From Styela clava (Eukaryota), in NCBI RefSeq assembly GCF_964204865.1, contig NC_135251.1, positions 24,614,001 to 24,678,000 of the forward strand: a DNA stretch of 64,000 bases. Direction: 5' to 3'. The notes below the pieces were generated by a model. It worked only from the letters and a program-made list of their open reading frames with translations. It did not search any database and had not been told where the DNA came from. Within the stretch, counting starts at the first letter, position 1. Each line of letters opens with the position of its first letter. Position numbers and translations under genes: made by a program. Shown piece by piece: positions 36,656 to 48,983 of this stretch.

Positions 36656-39290
36656 TCACAATATCGGGCTTTGTATTTTTGTGACATCACTTAGCTTTAC
36701 TTTACATTTAAGCTGGTTTTCCTTCATACCGGCAGTATGTGTAACTTTTCTGTCAGAAAGTCTACTTGACCGACCAAACCTGATATCGCGGTTATTGTTA
36801 ACGAATGGTGTTTTTGCGTTATCAAAGGCCTCAGTTTGTTGAATATTTCTGAATATATCATTGTTTACTTTGCTCAGTGGTCTTCGTTCCGCATCATTGA
36901 ATAACAATGATAACTGAACTGCTATATTCGAATCTGCATAAATGATTGTTATTCGAATTTGAACACGAAGACTAAATTGTTTATAACTTACGTTAAATAA
37001 GGATTTGTTGGATATTGGTTGCTAAATGTTTGTTCAGATCATATTAGTATGTATTGAGTAACGTCACATTCGCAATACCGTTTGTCTTTATTCTAGGTTA
37101 GAAGTTTGCACTACAAGTTGTAGTCTACAACCCCACATATGACTATAAGTGAAATGGTGCCTCCCTCTTCGATGTGTAAGAAATTAGAAGTCTTATACTC
37201 TAATCACTAATATATTTTATGAAGAAAGAGATTAGGTATGCAATTGATGTAATACCGTTAGAGTACTAGCTCTCAGTAGTCCCACTATAGCAATTTATTA
37301 GGATATTATATGGCCTATTTCAGTTAATTATATTTAGTGAATTTACGTACGTAGGACATATGAAACGATCAACGATATTGAAGTATGCAGTTATATAATT
37401 AGTTGATCATGTTGTGATCCACGGTAAAGGTTCCCTCCTCAGTGATTTGGAAATATTATAAATATTAGGGGGTTTGTTTGTTTTTAAATGTGCGCTTGTT
37501 TAAATTGTCAATATAATGCCGGTATCGTGTTTCATGTCATCTCTCCCGTACAATTCAAAAGATTTGTTTGAAGTGTGTTGTAAACCTTCTAACTTTACAT
37601 ATTATGTGTTCGAGCGTGGGATCCATATAATACAAATTAAAAAATCTTTTCTTTGGCCCACATAAGGCTGCAGCATGGAATTCATGGGCATCATTTGCTT
37701 CGAAGTCGTGGAACATGACACAAATCTATGTAACTTGATAGGTATTTTATAACAACTCCCTCTTTCATTGCCTATTTATCAAACGGTATTATTACGACCA
37801 CGTTGTATAAGGTTGTTGTTCACCAAGTCCAGTTAGCTGATGAGTCCGCGGTTAAACTTTAGTCGAATGATACAGTTAGTAAGAATATAAATGCATTATT
37901 GTTTGAATGTAAGTTAGAGTTTTCATTAACGGTACAAGTTTACCTCCTTTCCAAATCATGTTGCGCTTTTGAATATATGCGTTTAAATGTTCCAAAGCGA
38001 GGTCAGGAACAAGATGTTTTTCATAAAAAACAAATGTAACATGATATTGAACTTTTTACATATTTGTTTTTATAATTAACGAGTTTATGTAAACTAATTA
38101 TACGTCGCTGACGACTACTTAAATATAACGTTTGTTGACTTAAGCGAGTCTAAAATCTTAGGAACATTACCACACGTCTCATTACCCTAGTCAAGTTTTC
38201 GATATATGAATACATTTAGCTTACAGCTGTCAAAAGTTGATCAAGTGGAATAAACATATCTTCGTGCATTTAAAATAGGAAAAGGTGACAGGCGCAATAT
38301 ATTGTGTAACTTTTGCACTATCGACAGCAGAAAGAAATAAAATAACATACCTCCATACAAAATACAACACATTCTGCTTTTTGCATGGTCAATTTCTAAG
38401 CTTTTGTTTTTCTCTGAATCTCTGAACTATTTGCAAAATTATACCTTGCGAAACTCGCAATGTACTGCGTTTTATAGAATCCAATTAAAATTCGTTCGTA
38501 TTTAAAATCAATATTGAACTTCATTCCATATTACAAGTTTAAATAAAGGTGTGTTCACGGTCACACGGCACAATAATTCAAAAGGAGAATTGTATGTGAC
38601 GCAATATCTCCTTGATGTTAGATTACATGTCATGCCGCGGATTTATTTTCATGTTTTCCATTGGGAGAGTCAGGCTCGACAGGAAGTAATAGATAGATTT
38701 CGGGTATACCATGATTTTCATTCATTTTATAACATTGGATAAATCGACTTTCAAAATTTGTGATCCGATTTAGATATTGTTAAAATCAGAAAATTCGTTT
38801 TATGAGTCCTCAGCGTAGTCCTAGCTAGATGTAAATAGCTCAATACGGATGTGATATATTTTGAAATTTTTCATTCTGATCCAAACTCAAACCGCGGCTC
38901 TAAAAGAGTATAAAAACAAATAAATAAAGCCAACGCTTTATAAATAGCTAGGTTTCGTATATAGAAATAAGCGTTCGTCGTTGAGACAATTATTTCCCAT
39001 TTACCTTCAGGCATTGTAATTTGTACTTGAACATGATGATTGGTTTTCAACCTATTATTTTCCTCTTCAAATGTGTTTACCAGATCGATGTACTGGCCTG
39101 GATTTCGCTCAAACAAGCTTGGTACGCGGAATCAAACGTTAAACTTTTCATTGGCCCCAGTTTGTAGAATATACCCTCATTGATATGGAATGTACAGTTG
39201 TTATTGTCATTGTAGCATTCTACAACTGGACGCCTCAAATAAACAGGGAACGTACCCGAAATAGTGTCTCCATCACGTTCATTAAAAATG
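36656..39290 (-). pseudogene. Possible decayed gene fragment: C-type-lectin-like exon (frameshifted, ~39005-39290) plus phase-compatible downstream exon (36656-36933)
   Basis: GIFYKLGPMKSLTFDSAYQAC / (shift) ERNPGQYIDLVNTFEEENNRL resembles the CTLD N-terminal pattern (Y..F..A...C....L..I...EEN..L). Donor GAA G|GTAAAT at 39005 is phase 1 and matches acceptor TTTATGCAG|AT at 36933. Confidence 0.25.
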
Positions 39291-40427
39291 CATCGAATGT
39301 ATATTTTATAGGGAGAGAGTATATATATAGTAGTGTTTGGCTTCGAGCCATGCGCAAGGTGACCAGAGCAGGTGTATTTCTGTTCAAGAGTTAACATCAA
39401 AATTTAGACGGCCGGTCGAGATGTAACTTGCGATTGTCAACATAGTGCGATTCTCCTCCTATTAGTTTTGGATAGAGCATCAAGTAGTTTACCTGATGGT
39501 ATGTGCCAATTGCAGACTGCAGTATTGTAATCGATATTGGAAGGACGATTAATAAAGCATTGTTGATTTTTATTACCTTTTCTGTTTATGACTTTATCCT
39601 ACGGGATTATTCATATCAATACGCGGTGTTGCTAATCCTTCGAGAGACACATATCTCCTTGGAGAATAATTTTAAAACTCCCGTTCAACACCGTCTGTCA
39701 GAAATATTGAAAATCTCACAATGATGTCCAAGTCAGAATTTAATATGTTTACTGATTTTTTCTTTGGTATTTAAATACTATAGTTTCGTTGACTTTGCCG
39801 TAATTTACAGCGTTTGATTCAAAGAAAGTGTAGTTTCTATTTCCGAGAACTTTAATATTGCATTGGTCAAATTCGCTTTATTGTAATATTAGATGACCGA
39901 CCTTCAGAGGCGTAGCTTAGGGGGGGCAGTGGGGTACATATGCCCCCGGGCGCCAAGGTACAGGGGCGCCAAAATGGGGCTGGCAAAAATTTCACAACAA
40001 AGGTAAAAAACGGTCACAAGCAAGATCGCACCGGCGGCAGACATCTAATCTTAGTACATGGCAAACTGCACACTTGGTCAGACCACTTACGACTGCCGAC
40101 GTCATCACGCACATAGCACGGTCAGATTTCCATCGTAATTACATGTCCAAAAAAATCTGGCCGGAAAACAAAGCAAAATTTGATTTGGTAACGTTAGGTA
40201 ACAAAATGCACCGGGTTAATTACGTGGTTCTGTATCGTTAAGTTCTTGCCTGCGCACTCGGATGTAAGTTGATATTAGTTCTGTGCTGGAGACAAATGGA
40301 AACGGAATTTGGTTGAATGATGTTAATACATGTTTTGAGTAATACGTGGTTTTGTATTTTGTTGTCAAAGTACCGTACTTTGCGGCAGAGTTACATAAAA
40401 CATATTATACTGTGCTAAAAGACCTCA

Positions 40428-40800
40428 ATGTCGTTTTCGACAATTCGTCGAGATTGCACAGATTTTGCAAATCACTACCACACGGACATCAATGGCCTCG
40501 AACTTTTCACCGAAATTGGAGATCAACCAGAAACTCCTTTGGCTCTTCTTGGTTTTATTGTGTCTTTTGGAGACGACGTTTTATTCAATCTGCGAATTTC
40601 TCTACAAATTTTGTTAACAATATCAGTTTCAATTGCAAGCTGTGAACGGTCTTTCAGCAGATTGAAACTTATTTTGTCGTATTCGCGTGCATCAACGGGA
40701 CAGGATCGTCTCCGTGATCTTGCACTTCTAAGTGTTGAAAGAGAAACATTGGAAAAAAACAGATTTTGATGACGTGTTAACCAGTTTACGACAGTGAAAT
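40428..40800 (+). pseudogene. hAT transposase C-terminal dimerisation domain remnant (ZMYM1-like type)
   Basis: NLRISLQILLTISVSIASCERSFSRLKLILSYSRASTGQDRLRDLALLSVERE is the hATC signature (S.ERSFS.LK.I...R..M.Q.RL..LA.L.IE). The catalytic core is missing and the end is frameshifted. Confidence 0.9.
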
Positions 40801-40985
40801 TGAAAAAATGAATTTATTTTAGACTATGTAGATCATCTTTGACAGTAACTGAGTGGGACATATGCTCTATTTTGTATAGCTTTGCTTCTTCTTTGAATAA
40901 AATGTTCCATTAAAATTTGAATTTACATATACATATATTTTTGAATAAATAATAAAATATATAAATACATATAAATTTGAATTCA

Positions 40986-41784
40986 CATATCGTCACGCTA
41001 ATAACCGAATTGCGTAAGTCATTTTGGGCGGTTTTGAATTTTTCATAAAATAGGTATTTATGTAATGCTGCGCACCTGTCTGTTAACTCAGATTTTATTT
41101 TAAGAATTCCGAAACCCATAAAAATAGAAATTTTGTATGATATGCAAATTTGTTCAATTGCTCCGTCATAATGAATTATCATTGTTAACGCAGGACTATT
41201 GTGACGTCACAAAGGCAAAATAACCTAGGCGAAGGATTTTTGAGTTTTTGCATCTCAGATTCTAGCTTAGCGCTAATAATTTTCAATTTATACTACTGTA
41301 TAGGAAGGCGTGCACTTGTGATATTTACTGTCTGAGTCCAATTCACCATGGTTGACTTTTATATAAGAGTACATTACTGTTTTATTCTTTATATTTAACT
41401 TTAGTCTTATTTCGGTGATGTGCAGAGCGTGTTATATTGATGAAATATATATTTTGAAACATAAAAAATAATGTAATTGAAACAGATTAGCTATTTTGGG
41501 GATTTTGGATTGTTTGGTTTTCAGGACTGGTACATATAGACAAGTTGCAAAATTGCGTATGTCCTCTAGCCATAGACACATTTTTGCCTAAATCACAGTG
41601 TGCCATTATGACGTCACATGACTGCGTCATACAAATTAGCTTAAATCCGGCTACGATCAAAAAGTTGAACTATGGCAAATTAAAGACTCTCAATGGCATA
41701 GCAATATCATTAGAAAGTTTTTCACGTTTTTCTCAAAACAGCTAAAAATGACTTACGCAATTCGGTTATTAGCGTGACGAAATA
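40986..41784. mobile_element. ~800-bp long-TIR MITE nested inside the hAT element
   Basis: TCGTCACGCTAATAACCGAATTGCGTAAGTCATTTT (40990) and its exact reverse complement AAAATGACTTACGCAATTCGGTTATTAGCGTGACGA (ends 41780); imperfect extension to ~50 bp; internal inverted TGACGTCA blocks at ~41203 and ~41609. Confidence 0.85.
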
Positions 41785-44700
41785 TAATTTTTTTTTACAT
41801 ATACAAATAAATGCAATAGAAAACATGATTAAACGTGGGGGCCGGGGCGCCAATTTTATATTTTGCCCCGGGCGCAAAATATGCTGGCTACGCCTCTGCC
41901 GACCTTGCTTTCACATCAATGACTTGTGGTTTGGAGACGTAACAGACGGCATGCAGTGATCTTAATTAAAAGGCTTAGGGGTGTCAGGTTCTATTTTAGT
42001 TTTGGCAATCAAGCTTTTCTTTCATGTCGCAGAAGTGATTTGATAGCGGCGGAAATAACTTATGTACAATCTAAAAGTATACCCGATGAGTGTAATATAT
42101 ATATATATATATATGAAAACCCCGATATATATGAGTAATACAAGTTCTTCGTCTCTACTAGTTTTTCATGCTAAGATATGTATGTTCTTATCCCTTTTCC
42201 AATATGATAACTTATATCATAAAAAGCGTAAACATAAGTGCGTTGAAGATAAGTATCCACTTGTGCTTGGGGTGTTGGCTGCACGGTAGCCATCGATATA
42301 GAAGCAATTACAGAAACAAAATGTTCAGTCAAATATTATGGAAAACATCTTCACTTGAGTCTAGAAGAGTTCGTAGATGCATGACAGGAGAAAATACATA
42401 GCAAACTGCTTTTCAACGCTGAATTCATATAGCCCATGACAGTTTATGACTGGTTGCATATAGTGACTATATATTTAAATTATCTGTAATCACTGCGATA
42501 TTAACTAAAATATAAACTTAATAAATATTTGACCAAACATTGGTCTCTAATGTGCATATGTCATAGGTTTCGTTATGTTCTGAAGGTTCCCTATCGAAAT
42601 GGCTTTGGTCGAAATGTGACTATGATATAACTATATTAGTATAGTGTTTTCTATGCATTGCTCATCTCATACAATGGTCAGTGTGATGAAGACATTATTT
42701 GTGTCGAGTTTTTTTTTAATTGTTTGTTAAGAGCAAGGCTTCTCCAAATTGTTACTCCAGGGATTCGGAGTAAAAATATCATTGTCGCTAACTCGAAAGT
42801 AATCTTTTCTCGATAGTCCCTAGTGTGGTATTGAAAAATAATAATAAGTCAGATAAAATCAGGGATGTCGTCATATCTTAAAAGTCAATACGATCAGCTA
42901 GAGTCGTGAAATTTGCCGAGAGTTGCCTTATTAAAAATCTCGTTTTAGTTCAATAGATTTTCTAGACACTGAGATGTAAAGCTAGTTGAGAAAAAACGAT
43001 TATGTTTTAGATTTTGATGAGATGTTTCACACCTTTATTAAGTTCTGTATACAAGATACAACATATACACGAGGATATACCACTGAGTTAAATAGCAACA
43101 TAAGTTTTTTCAATTGAAATCAAATGTATATGTTTTGATAGCACACTTATTTTATTGCAATCAAGTAACAATATATCTACACAAAATTAATCATATTCCG
43201 TGCTATTTTCATTTTATCGACATTGAGTATTGATTACCAAGCAAGAGAAGGTAGGCCGACAAAAATTTTTTTTACAATATGGATCATAGAAAATCTGATT
43301 TGAGATTACTTTCCATCTTTTTGTGAAAATAAATTCGTTCGAAGTCATCTTAATACACAGACTGTTTATATGTTTATAGATTACCTGTCACTCCACTGTT
43401 GGATCTTGAATAGTTCGGAATGAAATACAGCCATATTGGCTACAGTATGAATGAAGTACTTCAGTTGCTTATAATTACGCGCATTTCTCCATTTTTTTCG
43501 TTTCGTTTTCGAAATATATGATATTGATTATCGTAACCCTTACACCAATCCCACCTACCAATTCCTAAATTCAACTGCTCGTAATACGAGCATGACAGTT
43601 TACGTGAGACATAGTCGTAGCTGATTTTCTTCTGGGGAAAATATTTCCCAATACATATCGTATTCGATTTTTAATTGAAAGCAATCGCAAAATATTCTTT
43701 AAAAAGATTCGTAATCATTCATTCATGTCGGCTTAATGAATTAAGATATATTTAAAATGAGAACATAGGGATTTGATATTCGGTATCTAGTCCGCTTATC
43801 TTTATTTTTGATATGGGTGACAGCCGGAGCTATTAGCTCTTTCAAGCGACACCCTAAATTTCTCTGTAAGTGATAAGATTATGATTTGTCAGGTATGGGG
43901 AATAGAAAGTCATCGCGGGGTAAGCAGGCTTATCGTCACTTTCAGCTTGAAATGAAATCCGTAGGCAGCAACACCCCGTTACTACGAAATGTCACGACAC
44001 CGAAAATTTTGTCACCGTTCCAGAACGGCAATTGCTTGCATTCCATTCCACGGCTGTTAAATTAAACCAGAACTGTTAGGACATGTGAAGCCTGCTCGGA
44101 GGCCTGGGTATTGGGTGACGCTGTTTAACTAACATTACAATTCAACGCAGTTCGAGCGTTAGATTAATTTGAAATGGAATGCAGCTCTGGCATGCCAGTT
44201 TATATTATACCATGTGTGCGTATATCAGTCCCAGAACGTACATAGCAAATTATTTACCTCTTGGTATGCGCACGTCTGGTACGATGGCGCTGGCGCCACT
44301 AGTTAGTTGATTGTTACACACGACACAGTTGCATAATTAGGTATTTGAAAGAAGCATGGAGTAAAGTAGTTACAAAGGAAAGTGAGTTAGTACTACGAGG
44401 GAAGATAAAGAAGGTTCTTTTCAGCGATTTATTTTTAGTTTCGACGAATGGTGTTTATAGTTCCTTCTAAACCGGTAAATAATTATAAAATGCTGACATT
44501 ATTGTTTAATATTTTATCTTCCCATGATATGTAGAATGAAGCAATCGTGGGATCCAGTCGTGGGATGGAATTTTATGAGATCAGCGAACCGGTGAGCATT
44601 ACTGGTTACTGTCAATGTTCTGTTTGTAACAGAACCGGCTAAAAAATATAACTTTTGTGAAGGAACCGGCTGACAAAAAATTTGAATCCCACCACTGGAA

Positions 44701-46784
44701 TAAAGTATATGTAAATGTAGTAGTATCGAATATATCTGTGTGATTTGGCGACAGCTGTATCCTCGCTTACGTCACTAATACCAAACTTTAAACCGCGTAG
44801 ACGTACTAAGTCAACCCGAACCGGCAATATATAAATACAGATTGCTACAAATCTTACTGTTGCCATTTATATTTTGAAAATCTGTTGTAGGAAAGGTCGG
44901 TACCGGTATTTCAGCAAGATGAAATATACTTAAGCCCAATTCCAACTGTTACATAAGTTATTTATGACTTATATACACGCGAAGAAATTCGGACGGGTCA
45001 GTGCTCCGATAAGCAGTCGGTTTATTTTCCTATTCCTTTGAAATGAACGCAAAAATGCAAAGATAGAATACCACTTTAAAATAGCGAGCTATCAAAAAGT
45101 TTGTTTGTAGGCTATAGGAAATACGTACATACGTTTGCTTTGTACTGAGTAAATGAGCTTGCATCTATTTCTAATTTGCGAAAGTCTGTAGATTGTAAAA
45201 TGATTGTTTTAGGCATACCGGTAGTCAACAAGCAAATAACAGGGGACAAGTACCATTTATCAATATCCCGTGCCTGGTCAACGAACAATATTCTAACTTC
45301 AATACACGATATCTTATTTTTGTTGTATCCTAAAGTGGCCCGCGCGTCACGCACCAATGCGTTTTCAAGATCGAACATGATAGAAAACATTCTGTCATAC
45401 TTTTGGTGATGTAGTAGACCATGTAGACGATGGTGATGTAAATTGTAACTCTGAATGAAAGCGTTGAATTTTATATTGTCCGGGGTTAGTTTTTCAAGGT
45501 GTTATTGGGTGCGATGACAAATGTGATTTTGCTTATTAAATATCACACCAAAGCTTGTAAGGTGTGCCATTGCAGATTAGCGGGACAAGAAAGCACAGTA
45601 TTCATAGTTTAGATTTTAACTATTTATGACGACACTGCAGTATCGCATGGTTAAAATTCTGATGTATTAAACATGGTAGACTCCTATATTATAATTTTTT
45701 CAATCGCTCTTTTTTACACAATGTGTACTTTATGATCATGACTCTTTTATTTGTCTTCGATGCTATGAGTCTTTATAATAACCTCTTTTTGTTCTGTATT
45801 ACACTCACCGAGTGTTTGGTAGTATTAAAAATACAAAAGTCTTCCTCACGTTAGTCATAAAAGAACAATACAGTACTTACAATTTACGTCACAAAATACG
45901 TTCTGAAATCTAAATGTACTGATGTTTCGTAACGTTACCACAAGTATTTCAACCACGCATATACTTCAGAATCTCGCCCGGTACTCTAAAAGTCATTGGG
46001 ATCGATAACTGGCTGAAAAACGGATTACAGATTTTCTGGTTAAAATCGCACGTTAATTGTGATCGACCGTTAAGAAATAGTTTGACCCCAAAAAATATAA
46101 TATAGGTGTTGGGTGGAATTCGACGTCTTTCATTAGTTTTACATTGATTGCTGGAGAAAGACATTTGGAAAATTCGCATTTTAAATTCTTTTCATGTTAC
46201 ATCCCTAGCAGTATCCTTGTTGATAAGTATTCAGCACAGAAACCTTGCCTAACAATTTCCATGCTTAGGAACAATAGAATTATTTTCTTTGGCCACGATT
46301 ATGAAGATAGTTACAAATTAGTTTTGATAACACCTCTATTGTGTATGCAAGTCGTTTCTTTCGCGCGATTATGATAACACCCTACAAGATCTCGTAATAG
46401 CTCTTTACATGTTATTCAGGCTGTAATTTGGCCTGAGCGATCGTATCGGCCATGGTTACCTTGCTACAAAATTGTAATGACATTATTGAGAAAATGTTTG
46501 CCTGGCCCTCGTTTGATTTGAAGTTGCTGTTGAAGATATTTTTAATCGGGCTTTAGATATAAGTGGTATTATGTACCCTCGTCATGTTGTACGCTTTGTT
46601 GTAGATTCGTATCTTTACACAACGTCTCAGGTTACTATAATTCGAAAAATGTTCCAGCTCACAATAATATAACAACGCCATTGAAATGCAAACCATTAGT
46701 ACTGGGTAGTTATAGTATATGGAAGTCAGTGTACGTTTTATTTGTAGACTTAGTGATACGTTTTCACGTTCGCCGTCGGTCAAT

Positions 46785-46847
46785 CTAAAACCACCAATAA
46801 ACACGCTGAAATCTGTGAAAACCGTCTGAAACCACCAATAAACACGG
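46785..46847. repeat. Short direct duplication containing two CCAAT boxes
   Basis: AAACCACCAATAAACACG occurs twice, about 41 bp apart. Confidence 0.6.
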
Positions 46848-47635
46848 TTTAAAATCGGTTTGGGATATTATTCGGTATTAAGATAATACAACAATACACG
46901 AATGCTGCGAGATTACATGATAGAAATGTGTGCCGGTATAGTTAGCTATGTCTCGGCTTAGTAGGTTGTGATCAGGTTTATAAAAATTCTCACAATTGGT
47001 CATTTAGTCATATCCGTGGTTCATTAGTCATGCATGGTATTTATTTGTTGCCATCGCTTTGAGGTAGTCTGTACGCGTCCTTAGGAGCCGACTATTATTC
47101 ATTAGAAGCTTTGTCATTTGTTCTCCCGCAGAGCGTAACGAGACAATTTCATTGGCCAGGGTGCTTGAAAAATTACGCTCGCATTGCAAATCATTTTAAA
47201 AATCAACCGCAAACCGATAGTTCCTATGATCGTCCTTACACTGAGGACATCGGAAAATTCAGCGTGATAATCAATGACTCCGCCCATTACACTTTTCTGG
47301 CCAAAATAATTTCCCGTTTGGCAACACGCTGAGAGGTAAATGAGAATACATCCATCATTGGTCTATTATGTTTGGTTCATATTGTCGGCCTATTGTTGTT
47401 CGGGTAGTCGTAACATTCCAGAATTCAATTACGGGAAAATTATCTTGGCAAAATCCTCGTCGAAAGATTTCCATTTAAATGGATAAAATAGTATGCCGGA
47501 AGGGACTATCTAAACAATTTATCTGACTTGCGTTTTATGTCGTCAATGGGTTACCAATATTATTAATGGCATTTATTTTCACGACGACAGAACGAAAGGA
47601 GTTACATTTGGTCTTTTTAAATCTTTCAGCGGCAG

Positions 47636-47806
47636 TACCGTAGTATGTGAACCAAGATGGCGGACACAGGAATGTAGTATGTGTATCAGGTTAGGCCATA
47701 ATTTCAGGTACAAATACTACGGGAACTAAAATAAGAAAATTTGAACAAAATTATGGCCTAACCCCTACCTGGTACACATATTACGTTCCGGTGTCCGCCA
47801 TCTTGC
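47636..47806. mobile_element. Palindromic MITE related to family A
   Basis: CAAGATGGCGGACAC.GGAA.GTA.TATGTGTA.CAGG...CCTGGTACACATATTACGTTCCGGTGTCCGCCATCTTG inverted arms; shares AAAATTATGGCCTAACC...CCTGGTACACATA with family A. Confidence 0.75.
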
Positions 47807-48983
47807 AAATACAGAATGACGAAGCCAAATGTAAAAATTCATTGTTCCCGTTGAATACCTAACAATCCAATAACATATTAAAATTACGTGCCCTAGCGTT
47901 CCATGACTGACTAAAGTCAATATTAAGTATTGTTAGAAAATAAAACACTCAATTATGTGTACAACAAATACAATTACTCTTTAGTTCGCCAAACTTGATG
48001 CAGTGTACTGAAATTTACACCGTTACGTGGCAAAGTAGTTAATACCGAATAATCGAAATTTATGAAACTGCTTTCAACCATTTTAGAAAATTGAACATTC
48101 TAGGGCTGGCGGTCCCACGCATAATGATTCACAAATCCCCAGTCTACCTTACGCAATGGTACGGTTAAAACTTAACAACTGCTGGTAAGACATGCAACTC
48201 CAAACAAAACACGCAAGTTAACTCATCACGCTACGATGAAAGCAAAAGCGTGTAGCACCTGTTAATATTTTAATTAACGTCCGCGGGGAGCGATGAATAA
48301 CTTCCACACTCCCTTTAGTGTGACTAGGTTCCCGCACTTTCAAATAAAACTCGTCAAAAGCGCGCGCGATTTTCTTCAGAACTATTTATTCAATACATTT
48401 TGCGACAATAATAGAGAACTAAGCCATATTTACACTTGATTATGGAAGATATGTGCATAAAGCACATCTTGTGTACACGTGGGATACATGACCAATTTTA
48501 GTTTAACGCTCATAGTCGGAGCTAACAAATTTATGATCACGTCGGAAAGGAATTTTTCGTCCGACCGAAGTTAATAATTTACCGAACGAATGAATAAAAA
48601 TGGTTATTTGATCAGATGTATATTGATCGCTGGGCTTTATTTCTATTATATTGGTTCGTGTCGGGTGTGATGGTTTGGTAGTAAAAACTGGGTGCGATTT
48701 TTTACATAAAAGTAATGTTTTATGTGTCATATGCGCGTGCTTGACGATAAAATCATCGTACGGCGACTATTTCCTATCGGCTCCTTTTATTGTACATCAG
48801 AACTGCCTCTTTTTATGTACTTTTCCGTATTACAGTATATTATTTAGACGGTTAAATTGTTTCCGTAGGCCGGAGAAGGATGTGTTTGTAGTTCGTGAAA
48901 GTGTGAGCCCTTGATCACCGCACATCACATTGAGTACAACATAATAAGGACGGCTGCATTGAGGATAAGCTCTATTTCGAAGG

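Larger units (their letters stand above)
39905..41898 (+). mobile_element. Internally deleted hAT DNA transposon (1994 bp) with transposase C-terminal remnant
   Basis: Perfect 12-bp TIRs CAGAGGCGTAGC / GCTACGCCTCTG; perfect 8-bp TSD CCGACCTT (39897-39904, 41899-41906); subterminal GCCCCGGGCGC / GGGGCGCC repeats. Confidence 0.95.
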
